NCBI GenBank assembly: GCA_031416075.1
Contig: JANOSY010000052.1
Location: forward strand, 1 to 11,251
From: Candidatus Tenderia sp.
GTDB taxonomy: Bacteria > Pseudomonadota > Gammaproteobacteria > Tenderiales > Tenderiaceae
Reading direction: 5' to 3'
Length of the DNA stretch: 11,251 nucleotides
In this document: one piece after another, positions 7,684 to 11,251 of the stretch
How positions within the stretch are numbered: position 1 is the first letter of the stretch
How the letters are laid out: every line of letters starts with the position of its first letter
Notes under the pieces: generated by a model
Told to the model about the DNA's origin: nothing
Database searches by the model: none
The model's input: only the letters and a program-made list of their open reading frames with translations
Position numbers and translations under genes: made by a program

Positions 7684-8845
7684 GGCTAATGTTGCCCGGC
7701 GCATGGCGGCGATCCAGCCGTTTTATGTGATGGCACTGTTGGCACGGGCGCGTGAGCTGGAGGCCCAGGGACGGGATATTGTGCACATGGAGATCGGTGA
7801 GCCGGACTTTGAGACGCCCGCCCCGATTACTGCTGCCGGTATTGATGCGTTGCGGCAGGGGTATACCCAATACACCCCTGCGCGTGGTCTGTTGGCGTTG
7901 CGGCAAGCCATTAGTGCTTTTTATAAAACTGAACACAATGTTGTTGTTGATCCGGAACGGATTATTATCACCCCCGGCTCTTCAGGGGCGCTGCAGCTGT
8001 TGATGTCAACGCTGATTAATCCGGGGGATCAGTTGTTAATGGCCGACCCTGGCTACCCCTGTAATCGCAATTTTGTGCGGCTGGTGGAGGGGGAGCCGCT
8101 CTCTATTCCAGTGACTGCGGAGACGGGGTACCAGTTAACCCATGGCCATCTTCAGCAGCATTGGAGCAGTCGTAGCCGGGCCGTGTTGGTGGCATCACCC
8201 TCTAACCCGACGGGGACATTGATCTCTAGTGATGAGATGGCGCAGATGGCGCAATTTGTACAGCAGCGCGGTGGACACCTGCTGGTGGATGAGATCTATC
8301 ACGGTCTGGTTTACGGCACCCGTGCTGAAACAGCACTGGCGATAAGTGATGAGCTGTTTGTCATCAACAGCTTCTCCAAATATTTCGGCATGACCGGTTG
8401 GCGGCTGGGTTGGCTGGTGGCACCGTTGGTGTATGTGCCGGCACTGGAACGGGTGGCGCAGAACATCTTTCTTTCGGCCTCAACACCGGCCCAGTATGCC
8501 GCCCTGGCGGCGTTTTTGCCCGAGACACGGCTGATTCTTGAAGAGCGTCGTTGTATCTTTCAGCAGCGTCGTGACTATCTGCTGCCGGCATTGCGGCAGT
8601 TAGGGTTTGAAATTCCGGTGACGCCGGAGGGGGCATTTTATCTTTATGCCAACTGCAGTCGGTTTAGTGAGGATAGCGAAGAGTTTTGTCATCGCCTGCT
8701 GGAGGAGGCCGGGGTGGCGGTGACGCCCGGTAAGGATTTTGGTCATCAAGACCCATCCCGCCATCTCCGTTTTGCCTATACCACTTCTCTGGAACGGTTG
8801 CGGTTGGGCGTGGCGCGGATAGAACAGTTTTTGACGACGCTTTGA
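7673..8845 (+). CDS. PLP-dependent aminotransferase class I/II (aspartate aminotransferase-like)
   Basis: Motifs IGEPDF, YT...GL..LR, DPGYPCNRNF, SPSNPTG, DEIYHGL, NSFSKYFGMTGWRLGW (PLP Lys) and LRFAY. Start at ATG 7673 overlaps the cbbY end. Confidence 0.95.
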   Translation: MADKANVARRMAAIQPFYVMALLARARELEAQGRDIVHMEIGEPDFETPAPITAAGIDALRQGYTQYTPARGLLALRQAISAFYKTEHNVVVDPERIIITPGSSGALQLLMSTLINPGDQLLMADPGYPCNRNFVRLVEGEPLSIPVTAETGYQLTHGHLQQHWSSRSRAVLVASPSNPTGTLISSDEMAQMAQFVQQRGGHLLVDEIYHGLVYGTRAETALAISDELFVINSFSKYFGMTGWRLGWLVAPLVYVPALERVAQNIFLSASTPAQYAALAAFLPETRLILEERRCIFQQRRDYLLPALRQLGFEIPVTPEGAFYLYANCSRFSEDSEEFCHRLLEEAGVAVTPGKDFGHQDPSRHLRFAYTTSLERLRLGVARIEQFLTTL

Positions 8846-8903
8846 CAGGTGAGTGGTTTATGCTGCTTGCACTCTCTTTATAGAATTGAATAGGGCTCTG
8901 CTT

Positions 8904-10580
8904 ATGAAACCTGTGCGTGTTCTGTTTTCGATTCTGCTGTTCTCTCTTTTTGTGATCCCGCCTGCCTGGAGCCAGGACTCCTCTGACAGCGCCCAGCCGC
9001 AGCAGCCAGAGGTTTGGCGTAACTTTGGCAACCTGATCACGACGATGGATGGAGTGCAGAAGGATCTGGCCAAGGCGCGTGTGGCGCTGTCGGCAGCACA
9101 GTTTGAGGGTGAACGTACCCAGGCGGAGGCGGAGGTGGCGCGTCTTAGCAATGAGCTATCCTCCCTTCAGGTGGCGTGGGAGATGTGGGCGACAGGCGGG
9201 GTTGATTTGCAGCTTTTTACCTCCTCTCAACAGCAGGCGCAACAGAAGTTTGATTGGCGTGAGGAGCTGCAATCGGTCTTTGAGCCGATTTTGATGGAGA
9301 TGCGCCGCCTGACTGACCGGCCTCGCAAGATTGAGCGGCTGCGTTCTGATCAGGGCTACTATGAACACCGGCTTGCGGCAGCGGAGACGGCGCTAACAAG
9401 TGTTAAAAACTACCACCTTAAGGCTCCAACGCCCGACCTGGTGGCGGCGTTTGCCAATCTGGAAGAGCGCTGGCAAAAGCGTCGTGATGATCTGCAGAGC
9501 CGATTAGATCTTGTTAATTTTGAGCTGCAGGAGCTGCTGAGCCCCTCATCGGACCAAGAGGCAAAGGCGATAGAGTCGCTCAAGCAGCTCTTTACGGGGC
9601 GGCTGCTCAATCTGTTACTGGCGGTGACAGCAGCAGCGCTGGTCTACGGACTTTTTTGGAAGCTGAACCAGTTATATGCCCGTTCGTTGTTGCGACGCGG
9701 GCGCAATCCAAAGCTGTTTACCCGCGTGGTCCACCTGACGTTGGTGCTTTTTGCTTCGTTGTTGGCGCTGTTGGCGGGCATGTCGGTGCTCTACGCACAG
9801 GGCGACTGGATATTGCTGGGGCTGGTGATCATTCTCTTGGTGGGGTTGGTACTGGTGCTACAACGCTCGTTGCCCAGCTATCTTACTGAGGCACGGCTGC
9901 TGCTGAATATCGGCCCGGTACGGGAAGGGGAGCGAGTGATCTACCATGGCCTGCCGTGGCGGGTACAGACCCTGCGTGTGCAGGCAACGTTGGTCAATCC
10001 ACTGTTGAATGGCGGTGTTTTGCGCCTGCCGTTGCGGGAGTTGGCGACGTTGATCTCCCGTGTTGCCAGTGAACGGGAACCGTGGTTTCCAACCCGAGAG
10101 AATGATTACGTGGTGCTGAGTGACGATAGTTTTGGCCAAGTAGTATTGCAGACACCCGAGATGGTGGAAGTACGGGTTGCCACGGCGATCAGGATATTTC
10201 CGACAGCCACTTTTCTGGATATGACTCCTAAAAATCTCTCATTGGAAGGCTTTGCGGTCCTTCTTTGTTTTGGTGTTGATTACCAGCATCAGGCCGATGT
10301 GACCGGCGTGATTCGCGACACACTGGAACAAGAGCTGACTACAGGGGTGAATCAATTGGCTCAGGGCAGCCATTTGCAAGGCTTGAGGGTGGAGTTTGCC
10401 GAGGCAGGGGCATCGTCGCTTGATTTTGTCGCCATCGCCAGCTTTGCGCCGGAGGCGGCGGAGGCCTACATGCAGCTGCGCCGGGCACTGCAGCGTATCG
10501 CCGTGGATGCCTGCAATACCCACGGCTGGGTGATTCCGTTCAACCAGATGACGGTGCATCTGGCACCACAGGAGGGATAG
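8904..10580 (+). CDS. MscS-like mechanosensitive channel protein with signal peptide and periplasmic coiled-coil region
   Basis: MKPVRVLFSILLFSLFVIPPAWS signal-like N-terminus, helical coiled-coil region, about 3 TM helices, PVREGERV beta-domain, and C-terminal FGVDY, GASSLDF and IPFNQMTVH motifs. Confidence 0.8.
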   Translation: MKPVRVLFSILLFSLFVIPPAWSQDSSDSAQPQQPEVWRNFGNLITTMDGVQKDLAKARVALSAAQFEGERTQAEAEVARLSNELSSLQVAWEMWATGGVDLQLFTSSQQQAQQKFDWREELQSVFEPILMEMRRLTDRPRKIERLRSDQGYYEHRLAAAETALTSVKNYHLKAPTPDLVAAFANLEERWQKRRDDLQSRLDLVNFELQELLSPSSDQEAKAIESLKQLFTGRLLNLLLAVTAAALVYGLFWKLNQLYARSLLRRGRNPKLFTRVVHLTLVLFASLLALLAGMSVLYAQGDWILLGLVIILLVGLVLVLQRSLPSYLTEARLLLNIGPVREGERVIYHGLPWRVQTLRVQATLVNPLLNGGVLRLPLRELATLISRVASEREPWFPTRENDYVVLSDDSFGQVVLQTPEMVEVRVATAIRIFPTATFLDMTPKNLSLEGFAVLLCFGVDYQHQADVTGVIRDTLEQELTTGVNQLAQGSHLQGLRVEFAEAGASSLDFVAIASFAPEAAEAYMQLRRALQRIAVDACNTHGWVIPFNQMTVHLAPQEG

Positions 10581-10749
10581 GGGGCTTTTTTATTGGGGGG
10601 AAGTTTTATTTTTACAGTATTTTAGGAGGATGTCTGAACAATGTTAATGCCTCGTGCATGGTTGAGTGATTTTTTTGGTTAAGGGGATTGTTTGTTATAT
10701 AGTCCTACGATTGGAATGTTGCCCGCCAATGGATTGATGAGGCTATGTC

Positions 10750-11127
10750 ATGAGTGAAGAGTTAAACCAAAAAAGATGGTGGGAAACAAGAACAGCTATC
10801 ATCACCTTTCTCGCAGCTTTGTTAGGACTTGTTACGGTTGTTGTTGATAAGGTGCGGGGGAATTGGTGGCCTCCTGCTCCCACTGGCATGGAGGGCACTT
10901 GGGTTTATAAGGTTGAAACTATTGGAGCGACGATTTTTCCCGATGGATGTTCTGAGCGGGTGGGCACTGTCAGAATTGAAAATATTCAGACAACACCTTT
11001 TGGATCAGACGTGAAGTTGAGGGGAAAGCGTATATGGTGTGTCCGTGGTGGTGGTAAATCGAAGGAGAGGGTATCGCCCTTCATTTATTGGAATAGCGAT
11101 ATAGCTAGTATCACTAGTGTACTGTAA
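10750..11127 (+). pseudogene. Hypothetical single-TM protein, 3'-truncated by IS630 insertion
   Basis: GAGG RBS; TM segment TAIITFLAALLGLVTVVV followed by a beta-rich region. The last codons and the TAA (11125-11127) come from the IS IR that begins at 11114. Confidence 0.72.
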
Positions 11128-11251
11128 CAAATAGTGTGATCATATATAATAGCGCTACTCCTTCCTTATTTTCTGGTGCGCTGACTATGCCTGTCCCCGT
11201 TGCTATCTCACTCACAGAAGAAGAACGCCAAGAATTTCATCGCTGTTGTCG
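11114..11251 (+). mobile_element. Left end of an IS630-family insertion sequence (partial)
   Basis: IR CTAGTGTACTGTAACAAATA (11114-11133), TATAAT at 11145-11150, then a transposase-like start. Confidence 0.92.
11187..11251 (+). CDS. IS630-family transposase, N-terminal fragment (not in ORF track)
   Basis: MPVPVAISLTEEERQEFHRCC... matches the 'I.LT.EER..L' start typical of IS630 transposases; open to the window edge. Confidence 0.8.
   Translation, partial: MPVPVAISLTEEERQEFHRCC

Noticed and set aside
6928-7704. 258-aa antisense ORF over the cbbY-like gene, and other shadow ORFs within acs, dksA, the aminotransferase and the MscS-like gene
   Set aside because: They overlap well-supported genes, show no motifs, and are expected shadows of codon bias.
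1-11251. Window as a circular plasmid or element carrying a single IS
   Set aside because: No replication or integrase gene is present, the content is chromosomal housekeeping, and the two IS flanks do not rebuild one gene.

Overview
Gammaproteobacterial-type chromosomal segment. An autotrophic host is suggested by a CbbY-like gene but not proven. The window runs from the right end of one IS630-family element (transposase C-terminus and IR, 1-140) to the left end of a matching element (IR and transposase start, 11114-11251). Both sit at CTAG and both truncate a gene. The core is ordinary: tRNA-Ser(TGA), yccA/Bax inhibitor-1, a TrpD-like glycosyltransferase family 3 protein, acetyl-CoA synthetase, a DUF3579-like protein, DksA with an Ala/Lys/Pro-rich N-terminal tail, a CbbY-like HAD hydrolase, a class I/II aminotransferase and an atypical MscS-like protein. 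The flanks look accessory: a standalone acyl carrier protein coupled to a multiply inactivated membrane-protein pseudogene next to the tRNA 3' end, and a visibly AT-richer single-TM beta-rich ORF cut by the IS. I cannot support a complete novel system here. The best leads are the IS bracketing, the decayed ACP/membrane module, an apparent tandem beta-domain in the MscS-like protein, a 17-bp tandem duplication in the dksA leader, and the truncated TM-beta protein.
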